NCBI RefSeq assembly: GCF_009914755.1
Contig: NC_060925.1
Length of the DNA stretch: 64,000 bases
Origin: the human T2T-CHM13v2.0 reference genome, Homo sapiens
Direction: 5' to 3' (one strand)
Below the pieces are notes generated by a model. The model saw only the letters and a list, made by a program, of their open reading frames with translations. It did no database searches and had not been told where the DNA came from. Both the position numbers and the translations under genes were made by a program. Below, piece by piece: positions 30,922-56,593 of this stretch. The first letter of the stretch is position 1; each line of letters begins with the position of its first letter.

Positions 30922-31922
30922 TTACTCATGCGTAGCAAGCCCGTTGCCATAGGATATGAGGAGAATTGACCAGTAATTCATCGGAAGGTCCTATGTTAAA
31001 GGAATTCCCCCCTTCTTCTGATGCCAGGGAAAAGGAGGAAATTTTACTGTTACTTTTGGAATCTGTTCTGAGTACAGTATGGTAATGATGGTGAACTTTG
31101 GTCCCAGCCTCATAGGCAAATAAAAGGATAACCTCATTGCCACACCTGCTGTGTGTCCAGTGTGTCTGATAAAGCTGGAGTATTCCCCCTTCCCTTGTTC
31201 CATGGACATAAGATGAGAATTGATGGGTGCTGTACCTGGTCTGCCCCTGTGGGTACTAGGGTAAGGCAGGGGCTTCCTCTTTTTGGTGAAGTGAACTTTT
31301 GTGGCTGGTGCTAAGGCAATGCTGGAGTCCTTTGCCACCAGCTCCTCTCTTGCAGACTCTGCTGCTTGGGGGTATCTGTTTATTTGTTTTTTGCCACACT
31401 GATCTGGAGCACAGTGCTGAAATGATTTTTCCCTTTACCATCTCTCGCTTTAAAAATGTTATGCTTGTTCTCATGCTCATACTCATATTTTTAATAAAGG
31501 GCATGGTAGCAAAAACATAGTCATTGCTTTGGGAAAGAGCTCTAACCAGAAAGAGAGACTTGGGCATCTTTTGCTGAACAAATGGTAGTTCTCAATGAAG
31601 GTTCTGAACACTGTTTTCTCTCTGCCATGCTACTTATTCCTATCATGGGCACTCAAACTGAGCCTCTTTTCTCTAGCATGCCTATAATTCCTCCTTGGGG
31701 CCCTGGGCTGAGGCTGGGATCTTGGGGCTCTAGAACCTTGCTTCACTTCCCTGTCCCTCTAGTACCTACTACTGAAGAACTAATCCTCAAATACTAATCA
31801 CTGAGGAATTATTCTTGAGTGCTTTCTTTTGTGGAGCAAAAACTGAGTATTTGGGGAATGGGTGAATGCCTTTATAAATGGCTTAGCAGAAAATACAAGC
31901 ATAAGAAACAGTCAAGGAAGAA

Positions 31923-33239
<1,317 letters not shown>

Positions 33240-33827
33240 TCCATATCGCTGATATCTGTTTTGGTATTTTTTTCAACTGCGTAGGGGTGGCAGAGCTGGG
33301 ATAATAGTCCCATCTATACGTGGGAGAGGTCTGGCAATCCAAGCAGGGGATATAGTTGTAATTATGTTCCTGAAGTCCAAATATGTACATCTTGGTGAAG
33401 TTTCAGGCAGCTAAAGGTAGAAGGATTCTGCTCCCTGGATGATCCTGCAATTCTAATTTCAGAGACTTAGTGTTGCTGCTGGGTAGGACCCTTGATGTCC
33501 CCTTGATCTTGCCCCAATCTAGAGTCAGCTCTTTCCACTTTCATCTCTTCCATCTCCTCCTCTTGCAACTAATCCCTGCCCTAATGTCCTTTTTGGGAGC
33601 TGCCCTCGGTGCCCACCTCTTTGCCATTCCCTCCACCCTCTTTCCCTTGCTGAGTTTCCCTTATTTTTGGAACTGTTTGCAGTGGGAGTGGCTTCTGGCA
33701 GCTTCCTTGTCCCTGCTGTGCTCGGTCCCTGAAAACTTGCCCTCACAGGAATCACTCTCCAGTGAGCTGCTGTCTTCCTTCATCATCTTCTCTGCAAATG
33801 TAGCTCCTCTGCTGTCTGTGCCTCTGA

Positions 33828-34152
<325 letters not shown>

Positions 34153-34373
34153 TGAGGTTTGCTTTTTGTGTAAGATGGTGCCTTTCCTTCTGGTTGTTTA
34201 GGTGGCAGCTTTGACTCCAGATCTACAAAGGCAGAGATTCACAGTCCACAGATAATTAGAAAGTCAGCCTGTTCACTAGGGTGCAGGAAGAGCTTCCTCA
34301 TTCCTTTGTTGGCTCTTTCTCTCCTGCAGTCATCGGGTTAGGGTGAACCCTTCCTCTCAGCATCATGCTTCAA

Positions 34374-34416
34374 TCATCATCATCATCATCATCATCATCA
34401 TGGTCATCATCATCAT
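34374..34416. repeat. Interrupted (CAT)n microsatellite
   Basis: Direct reading. Confidence 0.9.
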
Positions 34417-35114
34417 AGGCTTTCCTTACTCACCAATCCACATGAAGCAAAGGGAGCCACCCCCACTAGATCACTTGAGAGTATCCTTACCTGCACATAA
34501 CTCTTTGTTGGCTCAGGTTACATGAGACTTAGGATCTTCAGTGATGCTCACCCCCAAGTTGGGGTGATTCCTCAGCCTTATGCTACCTACAGAATATGAA
34601 TGGTGATGATAATAGTAATATCTAAGATTTGTAAGTAGTTGTGTGTCAGATCCCATTCTAAGCACGTTTACATATATTAACTCATTTAATTCTTGCTGCT
34701 TTATGACATAGATACTATTATTATCCCCATTTTATAAATGAAGAAACTGAGGCACATAAATATTAAATAACCTGCCCAAAACAAATAAATGTTTGAGCTA
34801 GGACCAGAACTCAGGCAGTCTGGCTCCAGAATCTGAGCCCTTTGTATTACCCTGATAAGGGGCTAGATAAGTGAAGGGCAATAGATTGGTTGTCAAGAAT
34901 GTTGTCCAGCCTAGCTTATAGGGCAGAGCTTCCCTTAGCTGAGCTCAGGCATATCCACTTGGTCCCTCATAACCTAGACAGGTAAAATCTGTACCTTCTC
35001 TGGTCCCTCATCCTTCCAGGGAAGAACCAGTGAGTAGGTGTGGATATCCTGAAGCTAAGCTAAACTCTCCTCTTAACTCATGGGAAGGCCCTAGGCCTCA
35101 TTTATTCTTCTAAA

Positions 35115-38460
<3,346 letters not shown>

Positions 38461-38499
38461 TTATATTATAGATGAAGAAGAGATACATGAATGGAACAC

Positions 38500-40830
<2,331 letters not shown>

Positions 40831-41370
40831 GAGGACTGGACTGCAGGAAGTTGGCCTATTTTCTATTTGCTTATTATAATAGATATGTGTTTATGTTAGC
40901 CATTTATTCACCTCTCTTCTTTTTATATTATTAGACAGTTTACTGGAAGTGAACTTTACAATATAGTCTACATCATAGAATATTTGGTGGGACTGTGACA
41001 GAATTAACATAATCAGGGATGAATACAATCACTGTTGGCCTATTTGAAGAACTGTGAAAAGCTCTGTGTGTGTAGTCTGCCCATGCCTTTCCTTCTTCAA
41101 CCTTACTTCTACACATGAATATTTGTCCAACAATTTCTCAGATGTTTTAAGGCAGGGTAGCAAACTCATATGTTCATAGTGGTCAGGCAGGTAAGGAAAT
41201 GAGAGAAGTGAGGATTTAGATCCCATCTAAAGGGGAAAAACAATATTCAGTTCAAAGTGATTGTTGCCTGATGACAATCAATTGTAGCATTATTTGAATA
41301 AACAAACATATAGGACAAACAACAGATGTTTTCCAAGTTGTTGCAATCTCTGATTTAAAGTTAATTTATT

Positions 41371-43036
<1,666 letters not shown>

Positions 43037-43299
43037 AGATTGAACTTTTTATCACTTTCTTTTATGATTTCCGGATTTCCTGTCTTGCCTAAAGACCTTC
43101 CCCATTTGGAGATTAAACAAATATTTTTATTTCCTTCTAATATTTGTCTTTTTAAAATTTTTATTTTATTTTTGTATAGGATGTGAGGGAAAAAACTTTT
43201 TACTTTGATTTCTTCCAGGCGTATAAGTCAACTGTGCCAATGCCAATATATTTTATTAAATAATCAATTCATTTACCACTGAACTGAGTGGTAAATGAA

Positions 43300-46210
<2,911 letters not shown>

Positions 46211-48155
46211 TGGGTTATAATCTTTTTCTTTTTATGGTTAACACTGAAAAAGGCTTTAAATTATTCTCAAAGTGCTCACATGCCTGGGCAAAATTATTGC
46301 TATTATTAACAACGCACTGAGGATTGTGAACGATTTATTTCAAAGTAATAATTAGATGGGATTCAAAGTTTCCCATATAACAATGTCATTTCCCTTTATC
46401 TGAATCATTATTCTAGACTTTATTTAATGCTTTACTGCAGAGGAAAGAAAGGGGGGATGTGGCTTACTTTGTTGGGGATTGTGGAAAATGGGCACAGTCC
46501 TGGAAAAACCCACATTAAGTGTGCAATGCTTGTGAAAATGCCTAATGCAAAGATTGCAAAATGTTGTCCCAGGGTACCAGGATTCTTGATGGAATAAGAA
46601 ATATTAAAATAATTGGATAAACTGAGCTAGCAAAATGCAGGTGGCTGATAAATTTTAGAACAAAAGTGTAATTAAATGAGAAGCTTTGAGCTATACTCTA
46701 TCTCATAAGTAGCATAATATTTCATTTGACTCTCTCTCTCTCTTTCTTTTTTATTTTTATGAGACATAGTCTCGCTGTGTTGCCCAGGCTAGAGTGCAGT
46801 GGCATGATCTCGGCTCACTGCAACCTCCGCCTCCGCGGTTCAAGCAATTCTCGTGCCCCAGCTGCCCAAGTAGCCAGGGTTAGAAGGCGTTCACCACCAT
46901 GCTCGGCTAATTTTTGTATTTTTAGTGGAGACAGTGTTTAGCCATGTTGGTCAGGCTGGCCTCAACCTCCTAGCCTGAAGTGATCTGCCCACCTCGGCCT
47001 CCCAAAGTGCTGGCATTACAGGCATGAGCCACCACATCCAACCTCATTTGACTCTCCTGACAGTCTGGGAAGTTTAAGCAGGGAACCCAGCTGCAACTAT
47101 CTAATGAATAATGGACAGTTTAGCATCTTAACTAATAAGGAATCTTGGGCTTAAGATATTCCCAACTTTATTACTGGGTTGTGACTAAGTTTCCTCTCCC
47201 ACTTCCCCCCAACAAAAGGCTATATATACTCTATTAGCTTTTATATTTAAATGAAGGCAGACTGATTTTTTTTTAAAGACATTGAAGACACCCCTCAAAC
47301 AAATGGAAGCACTCTGGGTTTTGGTAAAGCTGGTGTTAATCATATCTTTAGCTTCTTAACAAGGGGAAGAAATTACTTGTGGGCACTTTGGGTTTTTTTG
47401 TGCCATCAGTAATCCCCAGGGGAAAATGATACGTATATGTTTTTCCACAATCAGTTCAGGATACCAGGATATTAATGGTATACCTAAATCAACATACCAA
47501 CAAACTAGCTAATGAGGTATTAATAGTATACCTATTAATAGGTAAACAGAAGTAAAATCATGTACCAACAAAACAAAGCAGTGATTGTTTAGAGAGGTGA
47601 ATGGGATTTGTGCTAATTTGTAAAGTGTACTACCTTAGGCAAGCACTAGAAACAAATATTGAACACCTTAATATTTAGTTGTATATCAACTTACAGTTTA
47701 CAAAGTTTTCCATACACAGGATCTCATTTGATTATTATAAAATCCCTAGGAATTAAGCAGGGCAGATATCATTATCTCAGTTGTTTACAAGTACATAAAC
47801 AAGCTTACCAAAGTCAGGTAACTGTCCTGGGGATCACACAGCTAGAGAGTGGCTGGGATGTTTTAAAATTCAGATCTTGGTGAAGACAGATTCTGCGTTT
47901 TAACTCATGTAAAAGCAGAGACTGGCAGAGTTTACAACGTAGTATAATCTCACTGATTATTTGCTGAAGGTATGAATGTGTCTTGTGAGGCTATTTCAGA
48001 GTTCTTTCTAGTATACTATATAAGCCCACCCCAAAAAAACAAACTAAACAACTGAAGCCAAGTATGGAAGGTTGGGGATGGGATAAGGGGCAGGAATTAT
48101 TCCCAGGAGGACTAGGAAATTCTAGACAAGGCAGCAGCTTCTGGAAATGTCAGTG

Positions 48156-48161
48156 TTTATT
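48156..48161 (-). terminator. MPZ: MPZ polyadenylation signal
   Basis: TTTATT on + (AATAAA on -), about 1.1 kb past the canonical stop. Confidence 0.75.
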
Positions 48162-49091
48162 AAACATTTAAGGACATTTGGAGGTTTGAGAAGAAATATA
48201 CAGAATGTAGAAAAATCCTAAGAATCCCCTGTGGCTGCAGTGCAGCCTCTTCCTCCCCCCCGCCCCCCCATTTCCCATTTGTTTTTCCTGCTTTTTGTTT
48301 GGTTGTTTAAAAACCATTTCTTAAGGCTCATTTGCCCCCTCCCCCACTCCCTGACCTATGAGGATCCATTCTCTCTCTCTCTCTGTCTCTCTCCTCAAGA
48401 CCTGGAGTCCCAGAACAGTGCTCCAAAGTGGTCAGGGGGAACCAATGCTATACTGAAGTGTGAGGATCAGGGGCCCCTCTACTTGGGCTGGCTCTTCATT
48501 AAGGACTTAAGGGGGGCGTGAATTGCAAAAGCCACATGACGTCATTGGTCCTCAGTCATGGGTGTAAGGGCAGAGGATGAGCACAGGTAAACAAACAAAG
48601 AATGGATTAAAAAATAAAAAATAATAACCTAAATAAACCCTGAAGGAGAGTCTGATCTGGGTGCTCTGGGTATTAGCTGGGGGGACAGAGTATGGAGCTG
48701 GGCCACCTGGTAGAGGGGAGGGAGGGACGGGAGAGGAAACAGCCAGGGGGACAGGCTGGGGGATGCAGGAGATGGGAATGCCAGGTGGCCTGGACTTGAG
48801 GCAGAGGGTATCAAAGTCCCTTTCTTCTCAGTGCTCAGGTGGACAGGCACCAAACACACAGCCCCCGGGGCAGGTGAGGGGTAGGATTAGCTCCTGGGCT
48901 CCCAGAAAGCCAGGGGTGAAGGTGGGGGAGAATACAATTGCCTGGGGAATGAATTCTGGAATGAAACTTACATCTCAAAGGGAGGTGAGGGCAGGGCAGG
49001 GCGGGGGAGCAAAGAGGGAAAGCACCTAGACGGGGGTAAGAGGAGCCTAGGTCCCCCTGCTCTGGCAGGGCCTGGGGTGGGGGGGTGGCGA

Positions 49092-49283
49092 TCACTTGTC
49101 CGAGTTCAGGCCCATCATGTTCTTGAGGGCGTTTTTGAGGCTGGTTCTGCTGGGGGACTTGACAGCAGGCCGGAGCTCCGGGCTCTGCTCATCCTTTCGT
49201 AGCTCCATCTCGATGACCATCACCTTTGGGCCTTTGGCGGACTCCACCCCTAACCCCCGATCCCCCGCCCGGCCCGCTAACCG
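49092..49283 (-). CDS. MPZ: L-MPZ stop-codon readthrough extension (63 aa)
   Basis: After the UAG the frame stays open: RLAGRAGDRGLGVESAKGPKVMVIEMELRKDEQSPELRPAVKSPSRTSLKNALKNMMGLNSDK, then TGA at 49094-49092. Matches the established large-MPZ readthrough isoform. Confidence 0.88.
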   Translation of the reverse strand, partial: RLAGRAGDRGLGVESAKGPKVMVIEMELRKDEQSPELRPAVKSPSRTSLKNALKNMMGLNSDK

Positions 49284-49385
49284 CTATTTCTTATCCTTGC
49301 GAGACTCCCCCAGCCCCTTGGCCTTCTTCTCACTGACAGCTTTGGTGCTTCTGCTGTGGTCCAGCATTGCATACAGCACTGGCGT
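49284..49385 (-). CDS. MPZ: MPZ exon 6 coding part (TPVLYAMLDHSRSTKAVSEKKAKGLGESRKDKK*)
   Basis: CCCCAG| acceptor; 102 bp; TAG at 49286-49284. Confidence 0.96.
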   Translation of the reverse strand, partial: TPVLYAMLDHSRSTKAVSEKKAKGLGESRKDKK

Positions 49386-49515
49386 CTGGGGGAGGGGCGC
49401 ACACATCAGTCACCGAGCGACTGGGGCTTGACTGTTCCCATCCCACCCCTCACTGCTGCCCGGCGGCTCCCAGGGTTCTCCTTCCCATCTTGTCTAGGCC
49501 CCAAGTCCCGCTAAC

Positions 49516-49576
49516 CTGCCGCCCGCGCTTCGACGCGTCCTTTCCTGGCTTGTGCAATTTCCCCTTCTCCATAGCA
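49516..49576 (-). CDS. MPZ: MPZ exon 5 (cytoplasmic; AMEKGKLHKPGKDASKRGRQ)
   Basis: TTGCAG| acceptor and |GTTAG donor; 61 bp. Confidence 0.95.
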
Positions 49577-49736
49577 CTGCAAGAAGAGAGACTGCTGTAC
49601 GTTTGGCCTCGCCGGAACCCCTTGCACCGCGGACACAGCTTCCTCTTCCCCTTGGCCCTCCCACCCACTGGAGTAGTCTCCGCCCAGATGGGGGATAGTG
49701 GGGAGAGGGGGAGGGGAGCTAGGCTCCGCCCCTTAC

Positions 49737-49872
49737 CTGAGCCTCCTCTGCAGGGCCGCCTGCCTGCGTAGCCAGCAGTACCGAACCACGTAGAAAAGCA
49801 GCAGCAGCAACAGCACCACCCCGAGGACACCCCCGATCACAGCTCCCAGAACGACCCCGTACCTAGTTGGCA
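49737..49872 (-). CDS. MPZ: MPZ exon 4 (transmembrane; PTRYGVVLGAVIGGVLGVVLLLLLLFYVVRYCWLRRQAALQRRL)
   Basis: CCTCCTAG| acceptor and |GTAAGG donor; 136 bp. Confidence 0.96.
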
Positions 49873-50115
49873 CTAGGAGGGGTGGGAAAAGAAGTGGGAG
49901 AATGAGCAGGGCCCTGTATCTGTGGTTCCTAGTCCGAGTGTATGCCCTGCATTGAGGATGTAGGACTCCCAGCTAAAACTGCCTTCTGCCCACACTCCCA
50001 GAGCCTGAATAAAGGTCCTTAGGCCGGGCTTTTTGCCTCTTCCCCCAACCTGTCAGTCCTCCCTGATCCCCTCCCAAACTGCTTCCCATACCCTTGTCCC
50101 CATCCCTTCTCACAC

Positions 50116-50329
50116 CTTTTTCAAAGACATACAGCGTGACCTGAGAGGTCTTGCCCACTATGTCTGGAGGGTTTTTGACGTCACAAGTGAACGTGCCATT
50201 GTCACTGTAGTCTAGGTTGTGTATGACAATGGAGCCATCCTTCCAGCGAGGGTCCCCTACCCACTGGATGCGCTCTTTGAAGGTCCCCACCTCGTCAATG
50301 TAGGGTTGTCCCTTGGCATAGTGGAAGAT
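50116..50329 (-). CDS. MPZ: MPZ exon 3 (Ig-V domain, C-terminal half)
   Basis: IFHYAKGQPYIDEVGTFKERIQWVGDPRWKDGSIVIHNLDYSDNGTFTCDVKNPPDIVGKTSQVTLYVFEK; CATAG| acceptor and |GTGTGA donor; 214 bp. Confidence 0.97.
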
Positions 50330-50662
50330 CTATGAGGAATGAGGGGAAGCATGTGAGAGGACCCTAATGAGAACACAGCTGTCAAAGCTTAGCTCCATAA
50401 TTTGTTACAGAAAGAAAAAAGCAAAAAAAAAAAAAAAAAAAAAGCTTCGCTCCAGCCTCAGGGTAAGGGATCTTGGGCTGGAAAGGGTAGTGCTGGAGAA
50501 GGGAGGACAATGTAGTCAGGGTGACAAAGACTGTCATTTACCTTGCCAAAGTTGGGGTTATGGCTCAAAAAGGATTTCCCCCTCCTTAGCCCAAGTTATC
50601 TTTTTTGTTGTTCTTTGAAGCACTTTCTGTTATCCAACCCCAGGATTCCCCCAGGCACTCAC

Positions 50663-50829
50663 CGAAATGGCATCTCTGCCCCCTTCGGGCTGGTAGCGCC
50701 AGGTGAAGGAGATGTCATCTGAGACCCACTCACTGGACCAGAAGGAGCAGTGCAGGGTCACCCGGGAGCCCACAGCACCATGGACCTCCCTGTCGGTGTA
50801 AACCACGATGGCCTGGGCCGGGGACAGCA
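50663..50829 (-). CDS. MPZ: MPZ exon 2 (end of signal peptide and Ig-V domain, N-terminal half)
   Basis: VLSPAQAIVVYTDREVHGAVGSRVTLHCSFWSSEWVSDDISFTWRYQPEGGRDAIS; TTGCAG| acceptor and |GTGAGT donor; 167 bp. Confidence 0.97.
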
Positions 50830-51839
50830 CTGCAAGCACAAAGTGGGGAATCAGATGCACCTATGGGCCCAGTAAGGGATACAGAGGAAGTGAGATCAGT
50901 AGGAAATCAAGTGCTGAGTCACAGGTCAGAGGCCAATTTGGAAAAGAAACAACAAATTCTGAGCCCCAAGTCTCTGGGGACTAACTGAACAGATGAGCAT
51001 AAATGCTGTGTCTGTCAAGCTCTTTAGCATGTCTGTAGAGAAGATGAAATCAGCAGTAACAGAATTCTCTTGAGGACTTCCAGAGATTGGGTTCTGTCTT
51101 TAAGTCTCACTTCTCCTTTGGGTCAGTATCTAACTTTTAAGCTATCCTTTAGATGCAGTGTTCTAAATTTTTAAAATTTATTATAAATTATACAGGTAAT
51201 ACATATTGTACTCTTCTTATAAACTATTCAAGCAATAGAAATAAAACAAAAGTCTCCTTTGACACTTAGCCCAACAAATTCCTTTCCTGTATTCCCTTCC
51301 AAGATGTAACAAGTTATCCATTTAATATGAATCAAACTCAGTATAAACTCAATAAACTCAAGATATACACATACTTACAACAAATAGTTTTGTGGAGTTT
51401 TTTTTTTCCACATACATATTGCATTGTATTCTAGTGTCTTTTTGCTTAAGAACTTACGTATCTGGAGGAGCTTTCCCTGTTGATTCATAGATATCAATCT
51501 TATTTTAACAGCTGCATTGGATTTCACAATACAGCAAACTCAGATTTCTTGCAGAAAAAAATGAAGATAACTAGAAAATATAAGTCTTCTTCCCTGGCAC
51601 AACTGTCCTCATTGCTGAATCCCTGGTTGCCATACAGCTTGCTCTTGACTGGAGAGTCAGGAAGGGAAGGGCCTCATACCCCTCTCAGCTGGGTGCAGAG
51701 CAACACCCCAAGCCTACAGCTCAGATGACCCTACATGTGAGCCCTCTATGGTTCAACTGTCCTCACCTTCCTCTTGGCCACTGTGGCCCAGTGCCATCCC
51801 CAAGACTTACCCACACAAGGAAGGTCATTCCAGAGAGAC

Positions 51840-51945
51840 TATGTGTGTGGGCTGGCCCCAGGGAGGGGCAACTGTAGACCTTTTTGTTCTACAGGAGGGG
51901 GAGGTGGCAACCAAACAAAGTTCCATTGTCTGACCAACGCTGGGG
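51840..51945. promoter_or_regulatory. MPZ: MPZ intron 1 EGR2/SOX10 enhancer candidate
   Basis: Inverted SOX pair ACAAAG-TTC-CATTGT at 51915-51929 next to EGR-like TGTGTGGGCT (51844-51853) and GAGGGGGAG. An EGR2/SOX10 element in Mpz intron 1 is established. Confidence 0.65.
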
Positions 51946-52937
51946 GGCTCATGCCACCCCTACTCCCACCCCAACTGTCCTGAATCTCTCACCTCAGCAT
52001 GCAATACCATGTACTTACCTTCTGGAACTTCCACCTTAGAACCTTCTTGGGAATCCCCCTTGTTTAACAAGGGAGATAATTCACTGGCTCTAACTTCTAT
52101 TCCTCCTGTTACAATATCAACCATTGCCCTTCTCAGCTGTGCTCAATGGTTCTATGAGTGGAACAAGTGTTGAGACAGAACTCTCCCTCTTCCTTATACA
52201 TCAAGATTCCTTCCCCCTATTTCCCTCACTATGCCCTTCTCCAACTCTCTATCTTTAACATTTTCTCAGGGTACCCCCAAATAGCCCAGTACAACCCAGA
52301 AGAGTCTAGGGCTCAAGCAGCTGACAGCAGAGAACCCTGGGCATTCTGGCCAGCCCCCTTTCCCTTGATGTCCTCCCCACCACCCCCACTTGCTTATGGC
52401 TCACTCATTGCACTAGGATTCAGGGCAGTTCAGAGAAGGGAAGGGGCCATTCCAATAATCCTGCTTTGACCTCTTACTCACCCAACATCTGCCAGGGGGC
52501 AAGGAAAGGGCTGGTCAGCTTATGAAGGAAGACAGCTTTAGAGGGATAAGATCCCAGAATCTCATAGAACCTCACTCCATTCACCCACACAACAGGTGAG
52601 GAGCCATAGAGAGACAAAAAATCTGAGGAGCTGAGACCACAAACCTGGGCTCCTTACTTAGATCGCACTCTCTTTTTCCTTCTGGGAAACTAAGGTTAAG
52701 GCACCTCCTGCACTGCTAGGGGACGAGTGGGAACCAAACCCAGGTGTTTGAGCCTATTTCTTTATGTAATCTAACACTGCTTCCCACCAGGCTGTTAGCA
52801 TGGCTCTGGGGGCATGCTACTATTTCCAACCTGGGTCCAGCCATGCCCACCACTCAGGGAAGCTTGCTACACTCTCTTTTACCCTTTCTTTTAAAATAAA
52901 ACCTCTACTTCCTCCCTCTAAATGCATATTTTTTTCT

Positions 52938-52941
<4 letters not shown>

Positions 52942-53011
<70 letters not shown>
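52942..53011. repeat. (AT)n plus poly-T tail of a minus-strand Alu monomer in MPZ intron 1
   Basis: Direct reading; the Alu monomer continues to ~53136. Confidence 0.9.
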
Positions 53012-53012
<1 letters not shown>

Positions 53013-53283
53013 AATTTTACAGATGGAGTCTGGTTATGTTGTCCAGGCTGGTCTCCAACTCCTGGGGCTCAAATAATTATCCCACCTTGGCCTCCCAAAG
53101 TGCTGGGATTACAGGCATGAGCCACCATGCCCAGCCGCATATTTTTTCTTTCTGAATATAATGTCACCTTCCTGCTCCTGCTTGTTCTTTCTTTGGTTGC
53201 AGTGGGGAGTGCAGCAAAGGCTGTGGGGATTGCTGAGAGACACCTGAGTCCCAAGACTCCCAGAGTAGAGTGGCTCCACTTAC

Positions 53284-53350
53284 CCAAAGAAGAGAAGAGC
53301 AGCACAGCCAGGATAGGGCTGGGGCTGGATGAGGGAGCCCCAGGAGCCAT
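53284..53350 (-). CDS. MPZ: MPZ exon 1 coding part (signal peptide MAPGAPSSSPSPILAVLLFSSL)
   Basis: GCT-ATG-G strong Kozak context at 53350; 67 bp; |GTAAGT donor. The six exons total 747 nt = 248 aa myelin protein zero. Confidence 0.96.
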
Positions 53351-53429
53351 AGCTGGGGCAGGGGCAGGGGCCCGGAGCATCTGTGGGGTTGAGAAAGTGG
53401 GGGACCAGGAACTGAACGGGGGGTTCCTG

Positions 53430-53630
53430 GAACCTGCTTAAAATCCCCTAGGGCCCCAGCATGAGGGGGCTGTCCTCAGCCAGTAACCAATTGCAGCCTG
53501 GCATGTGCAGTTGAGAGGTGGTGGGGAGGGGGGCAGGGTGCAGGGAGCAGAAGGGGCATTGTATAGTCTGGGTGGAGGGGTGGGGGGACACATACCACCC
53601 CATACACAGAGGGCTTTGTGTCCACTGGCC
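53430..53630 (-). promoter_or_regulatory. MPZ: MPZ proximal promoter with SOX10 monomer and dimer sites
   Basis: TATA-like TTTTAA (53443-53438), CCAAT (53487-53491), SOX site ACAATG (53562-53557) and dimeric SOX site ACACAAAGCCCTCTGTGT (53621-53604), resembling the known P0 promoter B and C/C' sites. Confidence 0.8.
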
Positions 53631-54368
53631 TCCCCCTGCCCCAGGCTGGAATGTTGTGGGGGGTGGTGAGGGAGAGGGACAAAAACAGGGACACAGACAC
53701 ACTTCTCTGAGGGATAGATATGGAACCTCAATTTAAAGGCCATAAAAAGGGATTTCTCCTCAGCCTCCTTGCCTGAGAGAGGCTGCCTCACAGCCCTAGG
53801 AACTAGAGGGAGGTTTCCCCCAGAGAACTCTGAAAATAGGATATCCCCTGTTATCTCCTCTAATGTGGGCTGCATTACAGACTTCTTGAGATGACCAAGT
53901 CCTATGGGAGTTTTTTTCCCCGCACCTCCCTTCATCCTGTGCGATTCTTCCCAGACAGAAGTTTTTCTCCACTGGACTATTTCCAGGCAAGAAGCCCCTG
54001 ACCTTTCCGTTTGTCAAGAAGTCCTTCAGTGCTTCATGCTGCTGTTTAAGTCCATTTCAATTTATTTCAAGGCTACAAAATTGTATTAAGTGCCAGCAAT
54101 ATGTAAAGTATGAGAATGCAGGTAATAGAGAGAGGAATAAAAATTAAGTCCTTCCAGCAAGGAGTTGAAAATTTGGTTTGGGGAGGTGGAGATGGGAAGA
54201 TCAGAGGACAAACCCATCAACAATCAAGTATAATAAGCCATGACACTTCCTTTAGTAATGAACAAAATGCTGGGAGTACAAAAGAGGGGCACACACAGCT
54301 GCAATATCAGGAAGACTAAGTTATATGAGAGATTAAAGACAAAATAAACTTTAATAAATGAAGTTTAT

Positions 54369-56593
<2,225 letters not shown>

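Noticed and set aside
49096-49771. Plus-strand ORFs antisense to MPZ exons 4-6
   Set aside because: Shadow frames of GC-rich coding sequence with non-ATG starts and no independent splice or promoter evidence.
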